NCBI RefSeq assembly: GCF_006345805.1
Contig: NC_043003.1
Location: 92,690,001-92,754,000, forward strand
Direction: 5' to 3'
Origin: Octopus sinensis
Taxonomy: Eukaryota
Length of the DNA: 64,000 bases
The notes under the pieces are model-generated. The model worked only from the letters and a program-made list of their open reading frames with translations. It was not told the DNA's origin and did not search any database. Both the position numbers and the translations under genes were made by a program. Below, piece by piece: positions 63,830 to 64,000 of this stretch; position 1 is the stretch's first letter, and every line of letters starts with the position of its first letter.

Positions 63830-64000
63830 TCGTCGGTGGCACGTAAAAAGCACCATCCGATTGTGGCCGTTGCCAGCCTCGTCTGGCCCCCGTGCCAGTA
63901 GCACGTAAAAAGCACCATCCGATCGTGGCCGTTTGCCAGCCTCGTCTGGCACCTGTGCAGGTGGCACGTAAAAAGCACCCGCTACACTCACGGAGTGGTT
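63830..64000 (+). mobile_element. RTE-tailed SINE-like element, runs off the window
   Basis: Three GGTGGCACGTAAAAAGCACC modules. Confidence 0.75.

Overview
Eukaryotic, AT-rich, repeat-saturated genomic DNA. The SINE families and microsatellite load match what I recognise from octopus (coleoid cephalopod) genomes; this assignment is an inference. Two host genes are well supported. (1) A large plus-strand coding exon of a TMEM53/DUF829-like alpha/beta-hydrolase (922-1812). (2) The 3' half of a kinesin-2 motor subunit gene, KIF3B-like, on the minus strand: 11 coding exons traced by hand from 63677 to the stop at 39347, all phase-compatible, with the motor domain beyond the right edge. Between them is a TE-rich stretch: two defective hAT (Buster-type) copies, a ZMYM-type hAT fragment, RTE, R4/Dong-like, Penelope-like, CR1-like and Gypsy fragments, Helitron/Helentron-derived non-autonomous elements, MITEs and many SINEs. 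Best leads: a palindromic TGT...ACA element with a 4-bp TSD and internal CCAAT/TATA motifs (14573-15399); a phase-consistent chain of minus-strand exons spelling a protein I do not recognise (23236 to about 6015); a ~220-bp near-perfect inverted duplication in a KIF3B intron; and an RTE-tailed SINE family with a modular repeat-spacer/VNTR core. No prokaryotic features, rRNA, genuine tRNA gene or CRISPR array were found. TE and SINE boundaries are approximate unless a TSD or TIR is cited.
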